Assembly (NCBI GenBank): GCA_002633005.1
Contig: NMRA01001078.1
Span: forward strand, 8,156 to 52,351
DNA from: Phoronis australis
Taxonomy: Eukaryota > Animalia > Phoronida
Direction: 5' to 3'
DNA: 44,196 bases
Below the pieces are notes generated by a model. That model did no database searches. It saw only the letters and a list, made by a program, of their open reading frames with translations, and was not told the origin of the DNA. The translations under genes were made by a program, and so were the position numbers. Positions 13,101-26,000 of this stretch are shown here, in pieces (the first letter of the stretch is position 1; every line of letters starts with the position of its first letter).

Positions 13101-16100
13101 TTAATCAACAAATAAAATTAACTTTTTAATACAAAAAACGAGGTAATGGGGTTGAAAGTCTGTTTAGGATTGACTTGTCAAAGAACTATCCAATGTTATG
13201 CAGTCAGTGTTGCTGATGTTACTACAGTTGTCACAGCTGCACATTTCTGTACAGTTTGACCTAGCATTGCAGCACAAAATCAGTTTCCCAGAACACATGT
13301 TTTTTTGCACTTGCAGCGTTTATCATTTAGTACTGTCAATGGAGATGCGGTCATTGCCATACACTTTAACTGTAAAGCTCCACCGCCAAGGAGCCAACTA
13401 TGGTCGATTAGAGAGGGTACAGCACTGCACACTGGTGATTGGCCAGCAGGCAATGAAGGGTCAAACACTAAGTCCTTCTTTGGAGTCGGGCAGGATTTGG
13501 GCAAACGTTTGATTCCAAATATATTATAATGGGCTCTGTTAATTAGAGTCAGCATGTGAGTTATTCAACCCTATCCTCAATTCACTATCGTATCTATTAA
13601 TCGGGCACAAACTACAACAGTGAGTAGCTTCAACAATATTTCTTAAGATTGCCTGTCCAAATAACTTCATGCACACCAGCTTTCTGAAGAACAGCTTCAA
13701 AGTCTTGCTTTAGTTTTGAAAGGAAAATGACATCTCCTTGTGTTAGAAACTTTGATTCAATGAAATCCAAACAAAACTGTAGAAAAACATCTCTGACAAC
13801 TGTGGATTCGTCACTCTTCACAATCCTTGTCTTTCTATTTCTATAGCAGATGATCTGTTGTACTTGGCTTCTAAGATACAAGGTCTTTATCTTTGAATTT
13901 CATTTGCGTATTCAGGGCTCTGGACTGAGCTGTTGCTTGCGATACAAGTCCAACTGAAAAAAAAACCCGAACTGTTAAAACTAATTTAACATTCAATTAT
14001 GAGTGAGTTGGCATGCAACTTTTTCAGAAGGACTTATCAGGAACTGATCCATCACCAGCCTAACAAATTTATATACCTAAAATGTTGATCGTCTAATAAT
14101 TAGATTAGTTGATGCAATTGAAAATAAATCAGCTGGTATACCAGTGCAGTGATTGCAATTTATTTTTTTAAGTCAGATGCTCAAACCATAGTCAATCGAT
14201 TTACACTTAAGGTAATCGACGTTTGACGAAGTGGCCAGTGGCTTCCATTGTCCTCAAATTTCGACGGCAACGATGGCCACTTAGGCACTTTAATTTAATT
14301 ATCATTGCAGCTACCTAAGTAATTAATGTTTACAAAAAATGAGAAAAGGTTCCCCCTATCCCTGGACTATGACAGGGGATAACGGCCACTTGGGCATGTT
14401 GTTTGCAACCATCTACTCCATTTAACCTTCTCAAAAATTTTTGACTTAAAGGGCTTTAAAATCACACCCACAGTATAACGCCACACGATTATCCTTTAGC
14501 GCAAGCAGTGTCGATGTGGCAACTGAACAATGGAATGTTCGAAAAACAGGATTGCAGGAGTATTTGTTTATCATGGGAACAAATGAAAACATTAACGACC
14601 TTTTCAGAGGCATCTCTCTACGCGGTACTTCTAAACTTATAGGAACATAATTTGCCGAAAAGCATCCGGCATATGGAGTACTTATGATGATCATCGTCTT
14701 TACTGGGTCAGCGGTATTGTCTAAGGCCTACATGTATGCAGCCAAGAGGCTGAACAAGTTAAAAAGACAACTGGTGATAATACTGAAACCCACATGGAAA
14801 ACACCAAGATACATGTATACTTTTCAAAAACACGTACACGTACCTGTTTTTGAAAGCTATACTTCTTTCTCTTTCTTGAAATATGGTCCATAATATACTT
14901 TTCCTGCTAACAAATGATGCATTCGTGTTTTAGAATGTTCCTATCTTGTTCAGGTTAATTGGGTGTTTCAGATTTTGGAAGTATAATTGATTTTCTTGGG
15001 AAATCTTGGATAACATTTGTATCACTTTCAGCAACTTCAGCTTTAGTATTACTGTTGGTGCCTTGAAACGTTGCTATCCCGTTCTATGTCCTTTCAATTT
15101 TTTGGTCTGACACTTGGTCTTCTAGTCTACAGCACTCAGCAGTATACTCTGTAGGCTATACCATGACATGCAGCTGTTTTATGCACAAACGTTTGTGACA
15201 CCTCTTCTTATTTTTGATCTACTGATCTACAGAGTTCCACGGTCCTTCAGCTTTCGTCAGGAAGCTTTCCTAAGCTTCTTTAGGCTCTGACATCACAATT
15301 TTGTGCTGTTTGATAAACCTTAAATTATACAGGCATCACACTCCATGGGAGCAGACATATTGAAATAACTAAGCACAACAATGCAATCTGGCTCTCTGAT
15401 TGGTCAATTCAGTAGAAAAGCGCCCCCAAGTGGCAGGAATGTGCATCATATTTTGTGCAACAAAACACCTTTTTTAAAAAAAATGTGCAAGTGAAGACGT
15501 GGGAACTTTTTGGAATTTGATTTACATGTATAGGTATATTATCTAGCCACATAGAAAAACTAGGTTCCCCCAAAGTACTCACAAGGATGAACGCTATGAG
15601 ATCTGGCCCACCCACTATTAGTGCTCAACCTCTCGCCCACCACAGACATATTATCTTGGAAAAGCGGTTGAATTTCCTTCGTCTAGTCCACGTTTTACAA
15701 TAGATGCCAATGTATAGGTACACACTGGATTGTCACCATTGCATAATGGGTGATCACGTAATCTCCGGGCAATTATCTCCTGGCGTGATAAAATTTCTGA
15801 CGCAATAAATCCTGGTTGCCAATTGTTTTTGATTTTACAGAGATTTAAATTCCTGAATAGAAAATGTGTGTTCTGGATTTTTCCGCTTCCCCTTTCCACT
15901 CAGCTAACAAGTGCACACCACAGTGTTTTTAATATCCCGCGGCGACTCCACTGAAACGAATCACTTCTGGTACAACCTTCCATAAATGACGTTGGTATTT
16001 TGCACATTTCGTCGGGATAAAAGTTCTCCAAGAGCAATATATTCATTGGTCAACTTTCTGTTTGGTATTCGGTTTTATTTTCTTTCTCAGGTATATCCGA

Positions 16101-19100
16101 AAATTATATTTAATCCTTTCTTGTTGTTTTATTTACGTATACATGGAATACATAAACATTCTACAAGCATGTACAATGCTTTAGAATGTCGCACATTATA
16201 TTAACCACTGCCATAATGGAATCGTCTGGACCGTTCCCTGCCATTCTGTTCAGTATAGTTGGGTAGCAGCCCTTCGTTTACACAAACTTTGTTCAAAACA
16301 CAACACACCTGCACATCTGATGAAAGGAGACTGTTCCGAAGCTACAAGCGTACCAGTATTAACCTTGTAAACAAAAAGTCTAGTCGTGTTTGAACAAAGT
16401 TTGTCCAATTCTATTAAAAAAGTACATCATTCCTGCCATAACCCAATGCTTCATGACAAACAAGTGCTATCTGCTGAAAACAAATGGAGTAACAAAACTA
16501 TATAACTTTTCAAACTAACACTCGTGTCATTCTACGCCTGACGATACATCCATACTTAAGAGGAAATAACTCTATTTCTCATAAACAACAAACCCTGAAG
16601 TATTATCTTCTGCTTCTGCGTCCTTCTCCAAGATGCTGCGAGGTTTGGCTCTGTCATTTTACTCATTTAGTTCTACAATGCCATTGCCCATCGCATAACA
16701 CAGGGGCTCTCAATCTTGCAGCGCTGAATATAGATACACGTATAAACCAGCGGCTTGAGATTTGTCTGTACCACAGATTCCGTTCCAGACTAATAAACTG
16801 GAAACGTTTAGCGGCGAATTCTAATGCTGCTCAACCCCTTTCAGCTTTCCATCCCATAGTCAAACGACTACTGTATGTAATAGTTCTCCTTTACCATCAT
16901 TTGACGTGAATTTCTTGCGAAGTTGGACATTAATGTGATCAGCCTTCTTTCAGGCGCTTGCGTTACTTTCTTTAATGCATGGTCGTGAATGTGGGCCCTC
17001 ACGAGTCTCTTCAGGTCGGCGTACTGTTGCAAGTAGACTCAAACGAAACGTCCTACACAGTGTCTGTCCTAAGGTCAAGCCAGTGTTGTGGAGCATTTAC
17101 TTGTGATGAACGTTTGAGACACTCCAGCAACTCGTCGTTTCAATAACTTGATGTTTCTGTAGCTGACTCTCTATTGATTAACGATGTAACTACTGATTGA
17201 CTTCACTATCATGAGCAGCGCACCCGTGGGGGGGGAGGTAGGCCCGTTCGAGGCCCCAAGGCGAACTGGGCAAAAGGGTCCGCCTCAATGTTAAAATGTA
17301 CGAGAAAACAAAGACAGATATTCACAAAGTCCACACTAATTATTCGCGGGTGAACAATTCGTAGGGCTGAACCTAGTGGCACCGTTTTCTTTTTTAATCC
17401 TTGTTGATTTTATTCAGTAAAAGGTCCGCGTACCGAAAAATTCGAGTAGTGCTATAGTCATAGAATTAGAGGTAAGTAGGTGCCAAAAGCCCACCGTATA
17501 ACACCTTGGGCACTGAACATAACTTACGGTATGTACGCGCTACGTTCAAATGCCAAAAGGTGGTTGGCCGAGCCTACGTGCGCCTACGCCCCACTATAGC
17601 ACTAAATTCGAGCCCCCCTTTTATTTAGGCTGGGTGCGCGCATAACTATAACTTTAGCTGTACATGTAGTTTGCTTTCAGCTTCAGTTACCTTACTGCCA
17701 CTAACCTGCACCTGTGTATTTATAGTATGCTATTATGCCTTCGAACTTTTCAACAAATCAAGCACATTCTACTACATTTTTGAATCTATCCAATCATTAT
17801 TACACTCATATATGTATACCAGTTTATTTTTACCACCATTCATTCTGAAATCTTTTAGAATGTTCTCCGCTATTATTGCCCAAACAAATGACATTACAAC
17901 AGTTTTCACCCCCAGGCTGGTGTCAATCAAATGTTATCGGCTTATCAAAACAGAGCTAAAAAAACGCCATTAGAGTACGACAAGTGTCAGTGTACTTCTG
18001 ACACCAATGCCTGCTACCAGAGCACAGTCTGGGTTTGTACGGTATTCACTTACTGAACCACAAGCGCATCGAAGGATTCGCGAAGCTTTCTTCAGGGCTG
18101 CGCTGTAAAGATACAAGGCAATCGTCATGCTAAGCGAAGTATTCACTTAGTCATACGCGAATTTCTTGAAATTGTCTTTTGTCTAGGAAACGCTTGTAGT
18201 TCAGGATCGTTTGCAACAGCAGTAAAACATATTTCTTCATTTTAGTTTGCTATTATTATCCTACACCAACTGCCATGTCAAACTGTTCGTGTCAATTATG
18301 TCAATCTAACTGTCAAAATATAAGGAGTGGATGCCCGTGTTAATCTTTATCGTTATCATTAGTGTTATCAAGAACAAATGGGTATCAGCATATGATCACA
18401 CATTATCTAAAGTTTCCGTGAAATCAGGCAATCTGTTCTCTAGATACGATCCAGAAGCAGTTTTTCTCAAATACTTAAAATGCCCATGGTCTCGATGGTG
18501 CAGTGGACCAATCCAGTTCAAAAACGAAGCGTCGGGGCGTTTACCTTTGTAAGTTTCGTGGACATCTGTAAATCGGTCCTCCAGTTATCACGTTCTTCCC
18601 TTAAGCATCACTTTGTCGATAACAAAATTGCCTCTAATGAGCCTGAAAGTTGGGTCATGCTAGCGTAGGAAAATGACATACATCATAGGGTTAAATGTCA
18701 TCGAAATCCGTTGGTTGGTTCTGGATATATCATCCGGACACGCTCTTTCCCCAAACTACATTTAAAAAGGAGTTGTCGAAAACAAAAAGGCTACTAGGAG
18801 GTCCTGCAGTGGTCGAATCTGCCCAAAAATGTAATGGTACCGCCGAATTGTTGCTTTCATTGACACACTTCAAATGATTTCGGCACAGACTGTACCTCCC
18901 CGTCAAGTTTCAATGAAAACAATCAATGAAATTCGTAATTCGGTTATTTAGATATCATCGGGACACGCTCTTCCCTCAAACAAAATTTGAAAACACTCGT
19001 CAAAAACAAACTGGCCACAAGAAGGTGCTACCGTTGTCTCATTCGCACATAAATTTATGCTGACGACGCATAGTTATCACAAACTTCTGTGTCTACTTTC

Positions 19101-22100
19101 TTTTAAACCCTTCACTTCTCTTCCTAGCTGCACAATATTATTCAGAATCGCAAGCACAAAAAGTGGCTACAAGGAGGCGATGCAGTTGTCGAATCCACTT
19201 GAAACTTGAAACTGTCCGGAGAAATCTTGTCATACAGGATATATACTGATGTATCAATATTAATTGAAACACACCAATGTTTTCTTTTAATATTTTCCGG
19301 TGTAAACATTTTCCCCCCAAGTTACACTTGAACACCCCAGTCGAGAAGGAAATGACCAACTTGAGGTGTTTCAGCAGTAGAAAAAAAATTAAAAAGGGTA
19401 GACACATTGAGATCACATACCTCTCCGTCAACATCCATTGAGAATCTTGAGTCGATTCTATACAAATCATCGGGAAATGCTCGCACATAAAATGGCCATT
19501 AAGAGCCACTGCAGCAATCGGATCTGCCGGAAATCAAATGCAGCGGACGCATTCACCCTTTGTTTCAAGGTTTTTGAAACCAAGCCACCTGTTCTTCTAA
19601 TATATTCCCCAAAGTTCATTTTCCCCGATACAATACTTAAAAAGCCCCTCACATAGGAGGAACTGTATTGGTTGAATCCGCACCCAAAATTGTTAGCGCC
19701 AGCGCATTGACATTACATATATTTTTCCAGTTTTATTGAAACCCGTTCTATATATATCTTCCAAAAACGCCAAATCCCCCAAAACACCGAAGAAGCCAGA
19801 CCCCAGGAAGTGGGACCGAGTGAAAAGTTACATGAACAGTTCTAGCGATGGTCTGAAAACTTGTGCCAAATTTCAACGAAATCATCAGCCTTTTGAACTA
19901 TCGTGCTTACACCAGGCCAAACGGATAATCGGGCGGCTGGACAAAGTTACGACAAAATTCGATAACATATGTAACTGTGTCTTTTCGTAAGCTTATGCAA
20001 CTTCAGGTAAGGATCCTATTCCAATATTTTGGCAGACAACCTAACCATAGCTCGCATAACAGTTACTAACGTCTGCGATGCACCTTTAGCTTGAAGCTTT
20101 GATTGTACGTATACCTACAAGAGCACGGGCACAATTAACAGCCGACTCAATGTATTCTTAACCGCCTATATTTACTTACGTCTACAGCGAGGAATGTCAC
20201 AAAAGTCCCAACCCTTCTGGTCTGCTTCGGGTCCATAGAGGAAACACCATGGGCCTCCAGTGCGGCGATCGGGATTCCGGCAATAGTTTAGGTGTGATTC
20301 TATTACGTATGCTCCAATGCTAACAGCATTTACACCAGATAGCTTGTTCGGAGACCAGTCCCATGGCTGACACAAAAACCCGTTCTTGGATATCGTTACT
20401 TTACCCTTGAAAGCAGTTCCAATGTCATCCTCTTTGCATGACTTATTAGGAAATAAATCTAAAACAGAAACATATTACATATTATTGACTGAACCCCACT
20501 GTGTATTGCCCTTAGCACTCACCTCTTGTTTCTGAGGAGGGTACATGTACGTCGGTAGATCAGAATTAAATATTCCTGCACTCTCTATTGCCATAGTGCA
20601 ATTACTCGAGAGCAAACAATCATGTCGTTTGTAAAGTTGCAAAATTAAATCATTCATCAGGTATCAATTCTGGCAAACAAGTCGAGTGGTGCGAGGACAA
20701 TTAAAATCATTCTTTTTAAAGACATCAATTTGTTTCTTAGCTGTCAAACAGTACATGTGTAATTATTTTCAGAATAAAAAAAACGTTGTTCAACCAGTTG
20801 AACGGTGTTGGTTGTTTCTTCCAACTTGTGAGTAAATTTCATTTCTATCGGAAAAGTAATGTAACGTGCAGTTTATGAACAAAAGTGAAATCAGACATGA
20901 ACATCCAGGCTTTTCCTATAATGTCATTTACGAAAAATATAATGTATCATGATAAGAGCTGAGCCCGGAAAACGATGAAAGGCACTTTATATGGGCGTCA
21001 AAATGCAACAAATACACTCACACTCACGCGTGCGCGCACACAGACACACACACGAACGCACGCACTAACACGCGCGCGCACACACCAATAAGTTCAATGT
21101 TAACATCCTGGGTGGTCCAAATATAGCCTGTTATTTAGATTACTCCAGAAATCGTTTGGTGCCACTCACCTTGGCAAATCTTATATTCATACTTTTTCCA
21201 CACGTGACATAATTGACCTTTCAAACTGCCTTCTGTGCAACTACGAACTCTCAAACGGGTGTGGGTCCTCAGATCACAGGGGAACCACGGCGTCCAAGTC
21301 CTAAATATTACTTCGTATGTGTCTGAAATTAGGTCAAGCCTAAAGCTAAAACTGCACTAAAACAAAACTGAGGCCATTAAACAAGCAAGCCCTGAGCTTA
21401 TGGAATAAAAATACAAATTCTCCTTATCAGTAACAAGATTCAGCTTAATGTGGAAAGAACAATATCTGTACCGCTTACTCGAGGTGTCACCTCCGCAAAC
21501 TGGGACCTGTTTTGCGAAGAATTTATAACCGAAGGCTGCTTTACGGCTTTTTGTGCTCATCTTTAGACAGATGTTCAGACTTTTAGTCTGTAAAGGATAT
21601 CGTAAACCATACTAAGCCATTTGATGACTGTCGTTTATCCAAAATTCAAAAGGCTTCAGACAAAGTTCGAGAAACAGACTTGATCTCGATGTTCGGGTTA
21701 GCGCACGCATTCACTCACCGTCTGTGCACTTGGGTGGGTCGCAGAGTTCATAGGTAGTGGATCTAGGGTTTTTGTCCAAATAGCACCACAGCATGTTATG
21801 AATAGCTGGCGAATTTTTGCAGTAGCTCTTATTGCGGCATCTCTTACCCGTCCTTGTTACTTTAAGTTTCTCCGAGTGGGCGTAGTCTTTACTCTGGTCG
21901 AAGCACCCTTAAATGAATGCTACCTTCTTTGTCACATACGGGTTGTTAACGGAAGCTTTTATTTAACAGTCTTCAACTTTAGGTGCTCTCGAGTGTCGAC
22001 ATGAGTATTTTCTCTCAAAATAAGCAGCGTCAGAAATTAAGTCATTTCCCACGTTACGAACTTCTTTACACTCGGGAATTACACCACGTAGAAGACAAAT

Positions 22101-22994
22101 ACATTGTACAACAAGTAGGCCTACCTACTATTCAAATCAACAAGTACAGTGTATCTGTTACTACTCATATATACACAGCGTAACTCGTTACAATCCTGGG
22201 GCATTGCTTTGGGGATAAACGCGTTAGGAGTATCCCAACGAGTTCAAACGAAACCGTTTCTGCCATTTCACATTATTGGTGTCTCAAAAAGTGCACAGTG
22301 TATTGTGTTTAGCCTATACACATAAAATAGCTGTTGACAGTTACACGATTACAGCAATTAACTATCATAGAACTCTTCCCCGAATGACCTTGGAACACCA
22401 TCAACATTATTCAAACCCCAAGGGAGGGGAGTTAAACTACACCTGTCCAACCACCTAAAATCCCACAGCCGACAGTTAAACAGGCTAGTGGAGATAAGGT
22501 GACGCACCAAAATATCATACGAGTTTAAGTAATGAATAACTTCACTGCTAAAGGTTTTACCATGTCTTTGAACGCTGAACTCACCGATAGGCATAAAATA
22601 AACAGCTACCTCACAAAGCGATAAGTTGTCATCAAGCGTCGAAATCTTCAATGTGTTGCCTAACGTATTCGGTTTACATTTAATAAGTGTTGCCTTGTTG
22701 ACAGGAAGTTCACCTTCCCAATGGAAACACTCTGTTTGTATACGTTCTTTTGAGTACACTAAAAATTTGATGTTTGTCAGTGGTTTCCGGCCTAAAAGGT
22801 AAAAATACCCATTTCCAGTACACGGAAGACATACTGAATAGCAGACTACAGATATAAAGAGAGTGGGCATAGAGAGGGTGTGGGAGAGGGAGAGAGAGGG
22901 TGAGAGGAAGAGAGTGAGAGAGGGAGGCAGAGGGAGAGGGAGAAAGAGACAGTGAGAGGAAGAGAGTAACAGACGGAGTGAGGGAAGGATGGAA

Positions 22995-23046
<52 letters not shown>

Positions 23047-26000
23047 CACTGAATATTCAGACTTCGTCCGCTATCACGCTTATCTCCGGTTTGATTAACG
23101 CTTTCCTCACGCTTTCTTGACGTCTTCGGTTGCTGTGGTAACATACGGTGATGGTGCACAAGACAAGATCTGCGTGTACAGGTGGTGTTGTTGGTGTACC
23201 TATCGAGTAATCCGTTGTTTTGGTATTTTTTCACCACCGCATTTCCCACTAATTACTCGTATGTGTCATAAAAACGAGCTCTTTTAACTCGCCTGACGCT
23301 ACCTTTAGGTTGTCCGATTTTTTATAAGCAAATGCTGTCCCATCATAGACTTAACCGTGGCGAGTAACGACTTGCACCACTTTAGTAGTCTGAAGTAGCG
23401 ACGAACAAAAGCGACCCTCTACACACGTTCAGTCATGGCTGTTGACTCCGTGAAACTCGCCACAGCTGGACGTAATTAATTGTCCCTAAAATAGCACTCG
23501 TATCTTGACACGCGTACATGTGCAACAGCATTGTCACTCTGTGGATTCTTGTACCACTTTAGTGGGAGGGAAAATTTCAATAAGCTCGCTTCTGCGACTG
23601 ACGGCATCTGGCATCCCCATCCCCTACAGCGAGCCTACATATATGTTTATTCCCAACCCCTAGTGCGGGTTTATTTTTAGTACCATCCCCTTAGTATTTC
23701 AGACCCACGTATTCCCGCGGGAATTCTTCACTAAAAATTAATAGCGGTCACCTGTCTGACTTGCCAAACGGTCGTGATAAATTTTCTCCTCATGATTCCC
23801 GAATTTGGTATAAATGCGCGCAGAATTCACGTTCTGTGGCTTTTCGTGAAGACAATCAATTTATTTCGTCATGTGTGAGAAAAGTTCGCATACAGTTTAC
23901 ACCTTGGTTTATCAATGACAAGACAAGTTAGGCATTTGATAAATATAAAGCAAGAGTCAAAAGTCATTTCAACTAAAATATCTAAACATTGCGCGAAAAG
24001 TAAAAATTCTAAAGGTTTAGTGATGTAAAGCATTTGCGACCTGAAATTTGGAAATGCGAGCTCAGATGTTTGCCAGTTCGTATCAAGTAGCAAAATGAGA
24101 CCTGGGACTTTTGACGTAAGATGCCCTTAATGTCAAATATCCACGGCAATATCCCTGATATCTCACTGCGACACTGGTTGGTCCTGTTGTTTGCGCGCAA
24201 GCTGTCCCGCGCCAGATGATCGATACTTGTAAATGTACGTCTCAGCGTCTCGTTTTTTATCGCAAATGACTGAAAACGTGAATTAGACCACACTATTAAT
24301 CGTAAAACGACAGTTCCGTCCTTACTTTCAGCAAAGTGGTTTTTGAGTCGCCAAATATGCTCAAACCATTTACCTGTTTCTAGGGCTACGTGAGCGACAA
24401 ATGAGTCTTCTGTCACATGTTGTTGCCAACGTACATGTACAGGGTAGGCCTACTCCAGCGAGTCGTGTGCGTGAACTCACATGTGTGCTCCACTCCGCTG
24501 CACATCAAAAGAGAACAGCAAAGTCCTAAATGAGAGAGTATACCGGCTAGGCTATGTTAAGCCTCCGGGTGCCAATAGTTGATTTGACAAAGAACTGAAA
24601 GTTATAAAACACCCGATGCTTAACGATATTCCCCCGGCCGTTGTTGCCTAGAACTGATATTTTCGTGTTCCGATGTTCCCAGGTTCAATGTTCACTAGGC
24701 CCAACTTGTTCTATGCCCGTAGCCAGCTATTCGGCAACTAAAAGGGGAAATGCGAAATTGTGGTTAGCGAACTTTTTATTCTTCTCTTCATACAGCCCCG
24801 CCAATTATTCGCTCCCGGACCACGCGGTAAGTTACATGTAATTTTCAGACACCAATAGAAACAATCTTGTTCCGGCTGAAGCGGGCAATTAAAAACAAAA
24901 TTATTGCGGGTGGCTAAAAACGGTTCAGTGTATGAGGTAACGATAGCCGGAAAGTCACCCCAACTATTTGGAGATTGCCTTGCAAAATCGTATTATAATA
25001 CCATTTCTTACTATTGCATTCCTTCAATATCTTATTACCGCAGAGTGACACTCAGGTTAACAACTATGCTCACGCATGTTTCATAATAAGCATTCGCAGT
25101 CGTACTAAGTGTTGCCCCTCGACATTTGAGAATTTCCAATTTAGCACCCGCAGTCGAGGCTAGAGCCAATCATAGCACACTAAAACGACCGTGCTATGTT
25201 TGAAATTGACACATACCCTATTTAGTGAGCCACTCTTTAAACAACAAGAAGTTCAGTTTTCAAAAACTTCTCGTCTCAATACGTAAAAGCCAAACCCCGG
25301 GTTTGTTTTATAACTCCGAAAGAAAGTAAACAATTTTGACATAAGTGTCGTTTTGTGAATGACCTATTTTCCCGTAAATGGAAGGTATTGGGGAGCAAAC
25401 TCGAACTACCCGATGGAATTATTTCAAGGCTTTTCAATTCATGGAAAACTAATTGTTCAGTAGGTAAACCGAATAAGTACCCCATTTCGTGAAATTTGCA
25501 CTGAACTGTTCCCGCGCACACGAATACGTCATTCGGCTAGGACAACGTTTCACGGATTTTCTTTTTCACAGGATGGTATTTAAACGTCGAGCCCGTTTAG
25601 TTGCAAAGTTTGGGCTGCGAACAAAAAAATGGAGGAAGGTTGCACTCAGAGTTAGTTTGGATCTTTAACGATTTTGATGACAGTCATAAGGCATGTCACA
25701 CCTAGCAAAATTGCGGATACTTCTTCAAAGAATATTTTTCCCTTTCCAAATTGCAAACTTACATGTAGCTATTCGAATGCATTTGTCTGTTGGGCAGCAC
25801 TGATTCAACTTTCACGTAGGCTACTACAGTGTAGTCTTGCGCTCTAGAGCCTTTGAACAGCGGTTGTTAGAATAGAACTACATCTTGCAACGTGAAACTT
25901 GTGAATATTTAACGCCGAAGTTAAGAGCATAAACTAAACAATTTCTCAATGACCTAAAAATCAACTTTGGCTCGTAAAATTGGCGGGAAAATTTGCTACC

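Noticed and set aside
22846-23049. Ser/Leu-rich hydrophobic ORF
   Set aside because: Translation of the GA tract.
24009-24416. 135-aa minus-strand ORF
   Set aside because: No recognisable motif, non-ATG start, no convincing splice sites.
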